DNA of 64,000 nucleotides from Escherichia coli (GCF_003018255.1 NZ_CP027440.1), one strand, 5' to 3'; positions 38,869 to 49,127 are shown, counted from the stretch's first letter. Notes: generated by a model from the sequence alone, not told the origin. Numbers and translations: made by a program.

Positions 38869-38909
38869 CTGTAAATATCCTGACATTAATAATGCCAGGA
38901 TATTTACAG
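38869..38909. repeat. 14-bp perfect inverted repeat with 13-nt spacer
   Basis: ctgtaaatatcctg-acattaataatgc-caggatatttacag between the convergent ykgG and ykgH. Confidence 0.6.
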
Positions 38910-39004
38910 TGAAAAAGACAGGAATCCATTCCTGAAGACGGGCTCCCTTCCCGGTCATTGTCACTATAGTTTTATACAGGCACTCTCTGTCAGAATGCTG
39001 TTTA

Positions 39005-39673
39005 TTACTGCCCAGAGTTTTGTGGGTATTCATCTACCATTTTTTTGACAAGGCAAAACATTACAGAAATCACAATGCTTAGAAAAAATCCCAGAGCCAG
39101 GCAAATGGCAGCAGGGTATTTATTTTTTATTTCTGGTGAGCTTATAGTGACACAGCCATCACCGTTTGGATACAGTGACCAGTTCCTGGTCAGGTATATC
39201 ATTTTTGTATAAAGCTCACTGTTAATTGCTGAAGGCGTTTGTATCTCATCGAGAACTTGCCTGCCATTATGGTATTCTGACGCATACCATTTGATGATAG
39301 ACGCCTGCACGCGAGATATTTCCGCTTCAGCAGTTGGTAAATCTCTCTTATCTCCTGACCATTCCAGCTTTATTTCTCTGTTCTTGACATCTGGGCTGGT
39401 TTGAAAAAATGTAGTAATTCGCTGAATAACATCTTCAGTCATTGTGGTCTGACAGGCAAAGTTATTATTGCTATCACAGCTAACAAGTATGCCTGGTGTT
39501 GTCTGGTTTATTTTTAGGCTGTAACTCACTTTTATATTATCTTTATTGATATACAGAAACAACAGCACCATTGCCATACAGATAGCTATAATAAAAAGGA
39601 TAACACGAATCTTTTTTTTCAGATAAAATAAAATCTCAATCAGATCGATATCCTGTTTGATTTGTTCACTCAT
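39005..39673 (-). CDS. ykgH: Inner membrane protein YkgH
   Basis: 222-aa ORF with an N-terminal transmembrane segment. Confidence 0.75.
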   Translation of the reverse strand: MSEQIKQDIDLIEILFYLKKKIRVILFIIAICMAMVLLFLYINKDNIKVSYSLKINQTTPGILVSCDSNNNFACQTTMTEDVIQRITTFFQTSPDVKNREIKLEWSGDKRDLPTAEAEISRVQASIIKWYASEYHNGRQVLDEIQTPSAINSELYTKMIYLTRNWSLYPNGDGCVTISSPEIKNKYPAAICLALGFFLSIVISVMFCLVKKMVDEYPQNSGQ

Positions 39674-39854
39674 AATATATTCAGAGAATAAAATCTGCCG
39701 CAGATAAATGAATTAATAGTCTGTATCAGGAATGTTCGGGTTAAATATCAGCAAATATCCAGCATCATGAATACTGGATATTTATAGCCTGCAGGCAGCA
39801 TACTGCTGCCTGCAGGGGGTATAACAGTCGACAGGGGAACCGACTGCTTTATTC

Positions 39855-42179
39855 TTACCAGGTCACATTGATACCAACTACACCCTGTAGCGGATTCTCA
39901 ATGTCGTCACCTTTGGTGTAGTCAAGGCTTGCATATGCTCCCATGTTTTTGGTGATATCAGCCTGTACACCTGCACCCACGCGGAATGCTGCACCGTCAA
40001 TGCTGGCATTGACAGACTCATCACCCAGACGGACTTTGTTGCCATCAGAGAATTCGTTCAGTGCGGCTAGATTCAGATAAGGTTTAACGGTCGCGTTGCC
40101 CACAGCGAAGTCATAACCCACGCGCGTACCGGCCTCACCCAGCACAGAGTTATAGCTGTCAGAATGAACGTCCACGCCGTTGAGTTGATAATCCACACCT
40201 TCCAGAGTCAGAGCAGACAGTTTGGCATATGGCTGAATAAACAGGCCATTACCGTCTTTCCATGTGTAACCGCCTTTAACCATCGCACCAAAACCATTGG
40301 TGTTAAAGTCAGCTTTGATGGTACCGCCACCATTCATCAGGCGAACATCTGCCGTGTTGCTGTAGTGACCAAACTGTGCAGCAGTATCAATGAAGATACC
40401 GTTGTTATACTGGCGGCTCAGGTAAGCGTGGAAGCTGTAACCTTCAGTGTCACCTTTGCTCTGCATGGTACTCATGTCACCTTTCGCAGAAGACATCGCC
40501 ACACCGGCCAGCCAGCTACCATCTTCAGTTATGAAGCGGGTATCACCACCCAGCATTACACCATTTACATCCAGGTCATAGGATGCATTTCCCGCGGTGG
40601 TATGTTTCTGTTTACCGCCAAAGTACTGAATCCATACGCCGCCCTTGTCATTTTCGCTCAGACGGACAGCATCCTGACGGGCGGAGAGCGTGTCAGCCTG
40701 CAGATTAGCAACGTTAGCCGGAGCAGCTGCCATTGCCTGAATCACGGAGCTGGCGTTGGATGCTTTATGCGTGTTTTTTACGAAATAAAAGTTACCATCA
40801 GCTCCCTGTGTCAGGTCATATTGATACAGACCACCTTCCGTTGTGCCTGTGGCTTTTAGAGTGCTGTCTTTGCCGGTAGAAATAAATGCCGTTTGTTCAT
40901 TGATAAGATCCAATGAACCCGCACTGTAAACACGCAAGTCACCGCTCGCTTTTCCGCTGATATCCAGAGTGTTTTCAGAAGAGGCATCAACAATCAGAGT
41001 GCCGTTTTGAGAAACAAACGTGCCAGTATTGACTGTAGCCTTCGTGATATTTACCGTACTGTCTTTTACTGCCAGAGCATCAACAGTTGAGGAACCCGTA
41101 ACATTCCAGACAGACCCGTTTTGCAGAGATACGTTGGCATCTCCTGCCCCTGAAACTTTGCCTTTCCAGACTGAACTATCGGAAAGATTTATATCCAGAT
41201 TACTACCCGCTTTATCGCCGCTATTGAAGGTATAAGCATTACCTTCCCAGTAAGAGCGGGCAACGTTCATGTTTACATTTGTTGTGGTACCGACTGAATT
41301 CTCGCTTTCAGAAAGGGCCAGGATATCAGAGTAGATGGTTGAATCAGCAACAGACAAATTTAAATTTTGCGTTGCTGAACCTGCGCCTTGTGCCGAAGCA
41401 GAGGCATAAATTGTTTGTTTATTATTAGCCGCCCCAATTACTGAGCCATCCTTAATATTCAGGTTGACTGTATGAGTTCCCGTATTATTCCCGGCAATAA
41501 CTATTGCTTCAATCCGACCATTAATAATATTTGAGCCAGCAAGGGTAATGTTGTCGGTTGCATCACCGTTAAAACTATTCAATAAGCTACCCTTTTGAGC
41601 AAAAATTGCCGTGGAGGCGTTGCTGGAACTCTTATTACCTTGAGCATTTATGGTTGTGCCATTAAGCGTGACATTATTTCCCTGGGCCCCTTCCAGAGAT
41701 ATCCCTGTCGCACTACCTTTTTCATTTTTTGCAACGAAATTACCGCCATTAACAACAACATCGCCAGTTGAATCAATGACCATTGCAGTCCGGGCATAGG
41801 TGCCTTCACCTTGAGCTGTGATGGTGGAGCCTGTAGCATTAATCACAACATTTTTGTCACCGCTAACTTTTACACCTTTAACGAATTCTTTATCTGCCGT
41901 TGATTCAGCAGTAATATCATGACCACCAAAAGTAACATTAAGGTCTTTATCTTCCGCATTAATTGTTGCGGCTGTAATCTGTGTAGTACCACTAATAACA
42001 ACATCTTGTTCCAGAGTTGTCTTATCTTTATCCAATGTAACCGGTGTAGTTGATACCGCGTTATCAGCAGCGAATGCTGGTGCAGAAAGAGCCATAACAA
42101 TAGCTGTTGCTAATGCGCTGCGGTAAAATGCCTTACTGTTTTTCATGAAGAAATTCTCCATTCTGGTAACTAATTTCAA
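39855..42179 (-). CDS. AIDA-I-type (type Va) autotransporter adhesin; possibly UpaB-like
   Basis: 774-aa ORF; signal peptide ...ALSAPAFA, G/T/N/S-rich repetitive passenger, C-terminal beta-barrel ending ...GVVGINVTW; alternative start at MKNSKAF. Confidence 0.8.
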   Translation of the reverse strand: MKLVTRMENFFMKNSKAFYRSALATAIVMALSAPAFAADNAVSTTPVTLDKDKTTLEQDVVISGTTQITAATINAEDKDLNVTFGGHDITAESTADKEFVKGVKVSGDKNVVINATGSTITAQGEGTYARTAMVIDSTGDVVVNGGNFVAKNEKGSATGISLEGAQGNNVTLNGTTINAQGNKSSSNASTAIFAQKGSLLNSFNGDATDNITLAGSNIINGRIEAIVIAGNNTGTHTVNLNIKDGSVIGAANNKQTIYASASAQGAGSATQNLNLSVADSTIYSDILALSESENSVGTTTNVNMNVARSYWEGNAYTFNSGDKAGSNLDINLSDSSVWKGKVSGAGDANVSLQNGSVWNVTGSSTVDALAVKDSTVNITKATVNTGTFVSQNGTLIVDASSENTLDISGKASGDLRVYSAGSLDLINEQTAFISTGKDSTLKATGTTEGGLYQYDLTQGADGNFYFVKNTHKASNASSVIQAMAAAPANVANLQADTLSARQDAVRLSENDKGGVWIQYFGGKQKHTTAGNASYDLDVNGVMLGGDTRFITEDGSWLAGVAMSSAKGDMSTMQSKGDTEGYSFHAYLSRQYNNGIFIDTAAQFGHYSNTADVRLMNGGGTIKADFNTNGFGAMVKGGYTWKDGNGLFIQPYAKLSALTLEGVDYQLNGVDVHSDSYNSVLGEAGTRVGYDFAVGNATVKPYLNLAALNEFSDGNKVRLGDESVNASIDGAAFRVGAGVQADITKNMGAYASLDYTKGDDIENPLQGVVGINVTW

Positions 42180-42187
42180 TTTCCCAC

Positions 42188-42949
42188 TTATTTATATTTA
42201 TGCAGAGATAAAGCCTGCGTCCCTGCATTTACCACCACGGAATACCTGTTGGTATTTCCGTTTTCACGCAATGTCATGGCATTCGTTGTTTCCAATGCAT
42301 TTCCATCACCGTGAAAATTATTGCTGCTCAGCAGCAGGGCTTCCCGCAATGACATGCTGTCCGGTATTCCCCAACGCTTTTTTAGCGACTGCTCGGCAAG
42401 CCATATCTGTCTTATCCCCGTTTTGAGAAACTGCGCACTGTATTCCCAGCTGTGTCCGGCAAGAAGCAACGACAACACCTTCTTTTGCTTTTCCGGGAAG
42501 CGTTCTGACATGACGATTGTCTTTGTGCGGTTATTCACCTCTTTCATAAAGACAGAGTAACTGTCCATAACTGGCAAAATTTCTGCATGTTTCAGCCCTG
42601 AAAACCCACCAGAGGCATTTGCAATACTGATGACACGCTCTACTGACATTCCTGGTTTCAGTAACCTCAGGTTTTTGAGAACGCCAGAAATACTCACATC
42701 TGGTGGCAGAAAAAAGGGTGCGACGCACAACACCACCACGAATGAGTGATCCCGATAAAATCGGAACCACATTTCAGCGCATTCGGCAGGTCGCCCTGCC
42801 GATATCACGACATTCTGTGGCCTGTGCCGCAATTTATTGCGTAACTCCTCTTCTGTTCTGATGCAGGTAACATTGCCGACAGAACCGGTTGATAGAGCTG
42901 CGAACTGCGCTGGTACAATTCCTGAGGGACAGAAAAGAACGAAACGCAT
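42188..42949 (-). CDS. LuxR-type HTH regulator (atypical, receiver-like N-terminus)
   Basis: 253-aa ORF with an HTH-like segment KQKKVLSLLLAGHSWEYSAQFLKTGIRQIW. Confidence 0.6.
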   Translation of the reverse strand: MRFVLFCPSGIVPAQFAALSTGSVGNVTCIRTEEELRNKLRHRPQNVVISAGRPAECAEMWFRFYRDHSFVVVLCVAPFFLPPDVSISGVLKNLRLLKPGMSVERVISIANASGGFSGLKHAEILPVMDSYSVFMKEVNNRTKTIVMSERFPEKQKKVLSLLLAGHSWEYSAQFLKTGIRQIWLAEQSLKKRWGIPDSMSLREALLLSSNNFHGDGNALETTNAMTLRENGNTNRYSVVVNAGTQALSLHKYK

Positions 42950-43102
42950 CCTTCCCTCACAGATGTCAGTACGCCAGCACGCTGTACAGGCTGTACAGCG
43001 TGCCTCCCAATCCTGCAGCCCAGAGCAGTAGAAATATTTTGGCTCCTACACTGTAGCGAGTCCGTATGCGCCGCAGTGGGGGGTAGTAACAACGCTGCTG
43101 TG

Positions 43103-43897
43103 TCATAACAATCCTGGTCTTTTTTTAGACATATTTTTTCTTTGTCCGGAAAGTACTTTTCCGGATATGGCGTCAGAATTTATTGATTCACCAACGGCAA
43201 CTTTCTCTGGATAAAGAATTCCGGATACCATGTTCTGCACATACTGAGTGAGTCGATGAGCGGAATGTTGTCCGATATATTTTGCATGTAGCCGTATATT
43301 CCGTTTCACTCTGCTGTCACCGCATCCCGTATAGAGCAGCCTGAAATCGCTCAGTGTTCCCAGTCCAAGTTTCATTAAAGCCCGTGTGGCAATCGCATGC
43401 AGGGTCTTTGAACTGCGTTGTTCATAACGGGCAATCTCACTGAAACTCATGCCCTGCATCAGAATCTTAAGCACGCTCAACTCCCGTGCAGTCAGGAGCC
43501 AGAAATCGCTCATATCGCCGGGCAAAGGACGTAGTAACCAGCGGATAATTTGATTCTGATAACGACTCGCTGTCAGCATGGTGCCGATGCGTGGGAAGCC
43601 GTTATACAGACTTGCAGCAGGAGCATTATCGAACCAGTCGGAGTCAGCGGTCAGGCAGACCTGCCATTGCCCGGCATCACTCCGCAAGCGGACAAGACAA
43701 GCCAGAAGAACCAACTCTCCCGAAGGAAGCGATGGGATATCAGCTAACAGGTAGCCACAGGAGGTCTTTAAAACGAATTCAACCTCTGTAGTGACGTTGC
43801 TGTACACCCGCACGATATACCTGTCCGTTGGGATGAGAGACTCCAGTGCCAGCCTGGTGAACTGACAGGCACTGATAATAACCAGAGGCTTCTTCAT
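43103..43897 (-). CDS. LuxR-type HTH regulator
   Basis: 264-aa ORF; LuxR/GerE HTH LTARELSVLKILMQGMSFSEIARYEQRSSKTLHAIATRALMKLG. Confidence 0.7.
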   Translation of the reverse strand: MKKPLVIISACQFTRLALESLIPTDRYIVRVYSNVTTEVEFVLKTSCGYLLADIPSLPSGELVLLACLVRLRSDAGQWQVCLTADSDWFDNAPAASLYNGFPRIGTMLTASRYQNQIIRWLLRPLPGDMSDFWLLTARELSVLKILMQGMSFSEIARYEQRSSKTLHAIATRALMKLGLGTLSDFRLLYTGCGDSRVKRNIRLHAKYIGQHSAHRLTQYVQNMVSGILYPEKVAVGESINSDAISGKVLSGQRKNMSKKRPGLL

Positions 43898-43923
43898 TCA
43901 GACTCGTCCACGCCATTGCTACA

Positions 43924-43956
43924 AAACCTGACATTTTGATTCAAAATGTCAGGTTT
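43924..43956. repeat. Perfect 33-bp palindrome (16+1+16) containing the left copy of the switch inverted repeat
   Basis: aaacctgacattttga-t-tcaaaatgtcaggttt, 27 bp upstream of the LuxR regulator start codon. Confidence 0.9.
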
Positions 43957-44214
43957 GGTTTAATTGCCTGAATATTTAATTTTCTTGGAATATAAATCTA
44001 ATTTGTTTGATTTTTATTGTTTTTAATTTTGTGTTATTTAACAGCGCGAGTGAAAACTGATCACTGGTATGACCTTTATGGTTAATCATTTCAAATCATG
44101 GGGTTATTTTACTTTAGCGAGAAATATCAACATGTTATGTGTTTTATTTAATTGAATGAGCTGTTTTTTTATGGAAGAATTGAGGCAAACGTAGGAATCT
44201 GACATTTTGAATCA
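43937..44214. other. Candidate invertible DNA element (phase-variation switch): 246-bp AT-rich core bounded by 16-bp perfect inverted repeats
   Basis: tgattcaaaatgtcag at 43937-43952 and its exact reverse complement ctgacattttgaatca at 44199-44214; sits between the recombinase stop (44227) and the regulator start (43897). Confidence 0.5.
44199..44214. repeat. Right inverted repeat of the candidate switch
   Basis: ctgacattttgaatca, 13 bp from the recombinase stop codon. Confidence 0.9.
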
Positions 44215-44226
44215 GAAGGTACTGTT

Positions 44227-44790
44227 TTAACGAGGCTTTTTTTTCCACACCCCTTTAAATCGAGCAGCATTACTGGCTGTGTATCTGACAGTATGCTGAA
44301 TATTTCGATGACCCAGATAATCCTGAAGTAGTCGGGTATCGACACCATTGTCAGCCAGAGCAAATCCACAGGCATGACGTAACATATGAGGATGTGCTTT
44401 TACAGCTAATCCTGCACGTCTTCCTGCCTCACGAATGATCGAAAAAAAATGTTGTCTGCTGATAGGGCGGCGTTTCCGGGAGAGAAAAAGCCAGTCTCCT
44501 TCAACTCCATTTTCAATTAACTTCCTCTGCTTAAGCCACAACTTGATCAAATTATATTCATCAGGAAGAAGAGGATGTGTTGTCGAGAAGCCATTTTTAA
44601 TACGCCGGATATTAAGTTGTTTTCCTGATGCATCAATATCGGATAAACGTAAATCAAGAAGTTCACTGGCCCTAAAACCGTGAATGAAAGCCATCATAAT
44701 TAGACAGCGATTTCTTTCAGGAAAGGACATGCTCTGGGCTGCATCCATCAGCCTGTAGACTTCATCCTGTGTGAGATATTTTCTCGTCAT
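44227..44790 (-). CDS. FimB/FimE-family site-specific tyrosine recombinase
   Basis: 187 aa from MTRKYLTQ (ORF could extend to 44847); motifs HPHMLRHACGFALA and LGHRNIQHTVRYTASNAARF including the catalytic Tyr region, closely resembling FimE/FimB. Confidence 0.85.
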   Translation of the reverse strand: MTRKYLTQDEVYRLMDAAQSMSFPERNRCLIMMAFIHGFRASELLDLRLSDIDASGKQLNIRRIKNGFSTTHPLLPDEYNLIKLWLKQRKLIENGVEGDWLFLSRKRRPISRQHFFSIIREAGRRAGLAVKAHPHMLRHACGFALADNGVDTRLLQDYLGHRNIQHTVRYTASNAARFKGVWKKKPR

Positions 44791-45952
44791 ACGCCACCGT
44801 GTACAGTTGTAAAAAAAAGAGGCACACCCAGATAAGTGTGCCTGCAATCAGAACGTTATCGATGTAATTTCATTATCTCATTAATAAGATTTTTTGAATA
44901 GTAGTTCTACGCAATAGATTAAATATGAAATATTTATTGTGCGGTTTTTCTACAACTCATTTTTAATGCGCGATTTTTTCTACAATGATGTGAAACAAAA
45001 AATATTAAAACCCTGAGTCAAGGAGCGGGGGTGAATGTGTATTACGTCTAATGTTTTAGTGATGTTCAATAGTCTTGATTTATTTAATGTTATTTTTACG
45101 TAAAATAACTTTTTCTGCATATATTATTGATTTTATTTGTTTTTTATGCGTTGCAAAGTAAGGGTGCAGAAAAGAAAAGATCTTTGACGTTAATAGTACT
45201 AATTTACAAATATATCTTATCATAAGATTTTCTTTACTTTTTGGTTGTGAGGAAATCATCGTTCATGGACGCTACCAATAAATTAGAGATGTTCTCTTGA
45301 ATAATTTTTTCTGATTGCAAATCTCAGTTTGTTTGGTTTTTGTTCATTTGTTTAAGTGTATTCCAACACTTTTAATTTTTTGCAAAAACGTACTAACAAT
45401 TTTTTCTTATCAATTGATAATAAATAAAAAATAAAATGTTAGAGAAGCGATAATCTTGTGATAAAAAATATTTAATCATGATGACTGATTAAAGAAGGGT
45501 AAAAATAAATCGCTGCTAATAAATTATACGAACCGTGTTTAAAGCTCCACGTAGTTTTTGGGTCTGACTTATTTTTATACTCGCCACAAGTCCCCTTTTC
45601 GTGCATGATAACCGAATAAATTGACTTTTTTAGCGTAGACCTGATATTACTCCACGCTTTGGGATAAATACGCCCGGCTTACGCAGTTGATCGCTGACCA
45701 CTGCTAACCGGGAGTGGGAAAGAACAAGTAACCCTAGCCAGGAGCACTGGTTGCGTGATTCTTAAGCTGAGTGGCATTACACTTGTGGTTTATCAGCGTA
45801 TCCATAGCACCATCATCCGCCAGATTGAGCGAATCGGCTTAAAGTTTGATGGCGGGACTGCGGATATGAAGCATGAGAGTTACCTCAGTGTTTTATATAA
45901 GGATTCGGTCCTCATAGTAGAACGGTAACTCTCAATCTGATAGGTTCCTGAG

Positions 45953-47641
45953 TTAGTTCACATCACGACTCATTTTTTTCGCTCTCACCGGCATCCCATT
46001 TGCCACAAAATATCTTGCCGTGCTCCTCGGCAACGCTTCTTGCCCGCGAATCATATCCGCCATTTTCTCGCCAATCATAATCGTCGTAGCGTTCAAATTG
46101 CCGGTGATAATTTGCGGCATAATTGACGCATCCACCACGCGCAGGCCTTCCAGCCCGTGTACGCGGCCTTCGGCGTCAACCACTGCCATCTCGTCATAAC
46201 CCATTTTGCAGGTACCGCACGGATGAAACGCGGTTTCGGCGTGGTTACGCACGAACTCATCGAGCTGCTCATCCGTCTGACATTCCGCGCCGGGGCTGAT
46301 TTCGCGGCCACGATACTGATCCAGCGCCGGTTGATGCATGATCTCCCGGGTGATGCGAATTGCGTCGCGGAACTCCTGCCAGTCCTGCTCGTGCGACATG
46401 TAGTTAAACAGAATCGCCGGATGCTGGTGCGGGTCGCGGGATTTAATCCGCACATGCCCACGGCTTGGCGAGCGCATCGATCCGACGTGGCACTGGAAGC
46501 CGTGCTCTTTCACTGCGTTCGAGCCGTTATAGTTAATCGCCACTGGCAGGAAATGGTACTGAATATTCGGCCACGCAAATTCCTCACGGCTGCGAATAAA
46601 TCCGCCTGCTTCAAAGTGGTTGCTGGCACCAACGCCGGTGCCGCCAAACAGCCACTCCGCACCGATTTTCGGCTGATTCCACCACTGCAGGGCAGGGTAG
46701 AGGGAAACCGGTTCTTTGCACTCATATTGCAGATACATCTCCAGGTGATCCTGAAGATTTTCGCCGACGCCGGGTAAATCATGCACCAGCGGAATATCAA
46801 ACTCCGCCAGCAGTTCAGCGTTGCCGACGCCGGAGCGTTGCAGGATCTGCGGTGAAGCAATCGCGCCTGCACATAACAGCACTTCTTTATTCGCCGCCGC
46901 GCGGGTCGGAATGGTGCTGTCGCCTTCCAGCCACTCGACGCCCACCGCGCGTTTGCCGTCAAAAATGATGTGATCGGTCATGGCGTGAGTACGAATGGTC
47001 AGGTTAGGGCGCGATTTGGCCTGATCGAGATAGCCACGCGCGGTGCTGGCGCGACGGCCCTGCGGCGTGACGGTGCGATCCATCGGGCCAAAACCTTCCT
47101 GCTGATAGCCGTTGAGATCGTCCGTGCGCGGGTAGCCCGCCTGCACGCCCGCTTCAATCATCGCTTCAAACAGCGGATTGACGCCGGGTTTGGAGGTGGT
47201 GACGCTCACCGGGCCATCACCGCCGTGGTAGTCGTTCTCGCCCACATCGCGAGTCTCGGCCTTGCGATAGTAGGGCAGACAGTCGAGGTAGCTCCAGTTC
47301 TCCAGACCGGGTTCTTTCGCCCAGTTATCGAGATCCAGCGCGTTACCACGGATGTAACACATGCCGTTGATCAGTGATGACCCGCCAAGCCCCTTACCGC
47401 GTCCGCACTCCATGCGACGGTTGTTCATAAACGGTTCCGGTTCCGTCTCATAGGCCCAGTTATAGCGTTTACCCTGTAACGGGAACGCCAGCGCGGCGGG
47501 CATCTGGGTGCGGAAGTCAAAGCGATAGTCCGGGCCGCCTGCTTCAAGCAGCAGCACGGTTGTGTTCGGATCTTCAGTCAGACGGGTAGCGAGAACGTTG
47601 CCAGCTGAGCCGGCACCAATAATGATGTAGTCAAATTGCAA
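45953..47641 (-). CDS. betA: Choline dehydrogenase BetA (apparent TTG start)
   Basis: GMC oxidoreductase with [12 protein letters not shown]; start placed at TTG 5 nt after AGGAGG, 13 nt after the betB stop. Confidence 0.85.
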   Translation of the reverse strand: MQFDYIIIGAGSAGNVLATRLTEDPNTTVLLLEAGGPDYRFDFRTQMPAALAFPLQGKRYNWAYETEPEPFMNNRRMECGRGKGLGGSSLINGMCYIRGNALDLDNWAKEPGLENWSYLDCLPYYRKAETRDVGENDYHGGDGPVSVTTSKPGVNPLFEAMIEAGVQAGYPRTDDLNGYQQEGFGPMDRTVTPQGRRASTARGYLDQAKSRPNLTIRTHAMTDHIIFDGKRAVGVEWLEGDSTIPTRAAANKEVLLCAGAIASPQILQRSGVGNAELLAEFDIPLVHDLPGVGENLQDHLEMYLQYECKEPVSLYPALQWWNQPKIGAEWLFGGTGVGASNHFEAGGFIRSREEFAWPNIQYHFLPVAINYNGSNAVKEHGFQCHVGSMRSPSRGHVRIKSRDPHQHPAILFNYMSHEQDWQEFRDAIRITREIMHQPALDQYRGREISPGAECQTDEQLDEFVRNHAETAFHPCGTCKMGYDEMAVVDAEGRVHGLEGLRVVDASIMPQIITGNLNATTIMIGEKMADMIRGQEALPRSTARYFVANGMPVRAKKMSRDVN

Positions 47642-47654
47642 ATAAACCTCCTGG

Positions 47655-49127
47655 TTAGAATATGGACTGGAATTTAGCCATCTCAACCTGGATGGACTTC
47701 ACCTGGGTGTAACTCTGGAGCGTCATCACGCCGTTCTCGCGACCAATGCCGGAGTGTTTGTAGCCGCCAACGGGCATCTCTGCAGGGGATTCGCCCCAGG
47801 TGTTGATCCAGCAAATACCCGCTTCCAGCTGATGAATGACGCGATGCGCGCGGTTCAGGTCCGCCGTCACGATGCCCGCCGCCAGGCCGTAGTCGGTATC
47901 ATTGGCGCGGCGAATCACTTCGTCCTCAGATTCATAAGTGAGAAGCGACATCACCGGACCGAAGATCTCTTCGCGCACGATGGTCATTTCGTCGCGGCAA
48001 TCGGTGAACACGGTCGGTGCAACCCATGCGCCGTTATCGAAGCCATCGCCTTTCAGTACATCGCCGCCGCACAGTACGCGCGCGCCTTCCTCTTTGCCTT
48101 TGGCGATGTAACGCAGCACGTTATCGCGATGCGGGAAGCTGACCAGCGGGCCAAAGTTAGTTTGCGGATCGAAAACGTCGCCCGCGCGAATGCGCTCAAC
48201 GCGAGCCAGAATCTTTTGTTCAAATGCGGCTTTGCATTTCGCCGGAATAAACACGCGGGTGCCGTTGGTACACACCTGACCGGAGCTGAAGAAGTTCGCC
48301 ATCATGGCGATATCAGCGGCGAGATCGAGATCCGCATCGTCGAAAACGATCTGCGGTGATTTACCGCCCAGCTCCATGGTCACTTCTTTCAGGGAGGAAG
48401 CCGCCGAGTTAGCCATCACTTTTTTGCCGCTGGCGACACCGCCGGTAAATGACACTTTGGCAATGCCCGGATGCTCGGTCAGATACTGCCCGGTTTCCGC
48501 ACCTACGCCCGGCAGCACGTTAAATACGCCGTCCGGCAGGCCCGCTTCGCTGTAAATTTCGGCCAGCTTTAACGCGGTAAGCGGGGTGACTTCGCTCGGT
48601 TTGAAAATCATCGCGTTGCCTGCCGCCAGCGCCGGGGCGGATTTCCACAAGGCAATCTGGATCGGGTAGTTCCATGCGCCAATCCCTGCCACTACGCCCA
48701 GCGGTTCGCGGCGGGTATAAACAAATGACGTCTCACGCAATGGGATCTGGCTGCCTTCCAGCGACGGGATCAGCCCGGCGTAGTACTCCAGCACGTCCGC
48801 ACCGGTAACGATATCGACGGTTGAGGTTTCCGAATACGCTTTTCCGGTGTCGAGGGTTTCCAGTTTTGCGAGTTCGTCATTGCGTTCACGCAGAATATCA
48901 ACGGCCCGACGCAGAATACGCGAGCGCTCCATAGCGGTCATCGCCGCCCAGATTTTTTGCCCTTGTTGGGCACTCTTCACGGCGCGATCGACATCCTCAC
49001 GCCCGGCGGCCTGCACGGTCGCCAGCACGTTACCGTTGGCCGGGTTAATGGTCTCGAAGGTGCGACCGCTGGTGGCGGAGGTATAACCACCATGTATATA
49101 AAGCTGCTGTTCTGCCATTCGGGACAT
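47655..49127 (-). CDS. betB: Betaine aldehyde dehydrogenase BetB
   Basis: 490 aa from [15 protein letters not shown]; aldehyde dehydrogenase family. Confidence 0.95.
   Translation of the reverse strand: MSRMAEQQLYIHGGYTSATSGRTFETINPANGNVLATVQAAGREDVDRAVKSAQQGQKIWAAMTAMERSRILRRAVDILRERNDELAKLETLDTGKAYSETSTVDIVTGADVLEYYAGLIPSLEGSQIPLRETSFVYTRREPLGVVAGIGAWNYPIQIALWKSAPALAAGNAMIFKPSEVTPLTALKLAEIYSEAGLPDGVFNVLPGVGAETGQYLTEHPGIAKVSFTGGVASGKKVMANSAASSLKEVTMELGGKSPQIVFDDADLDLAADIAMMANFFSSGQVCTNGTRVFIPAKCKAAFEQKILARVERIRAGDVFDPQTNFGPLVSFPHRDNVLRYIAKGKEEGARVLCGGDVLKGDGFDNGAWVAPTVFTDCRDEMTIVREEIFGPVMSLLTYESEDEVIRRANDTDYGLAAGIVTADLNRAHRVIHQLEAGICWINTWGESPAEMPVGGYKHSGIGRENGVMTLQSYTQVKSIQVEMAKFQSIF

Noticed and set aside
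42145-42426. 93-aa plus-strand ORF across the autotransporter/LuxR junction
   Set aside because: Antisense to the two minus-strand genes and overlapping their intergenic region; no ribosome-binding site.
46157-46777. 206-aa plus-strand ORF, and similar ORFs at 47754..48359 and 58730..59224
   Set aside because: Antisense to betA, betB and yahG respectively; R/A-rich translations typical of GC-rich antisense frames.
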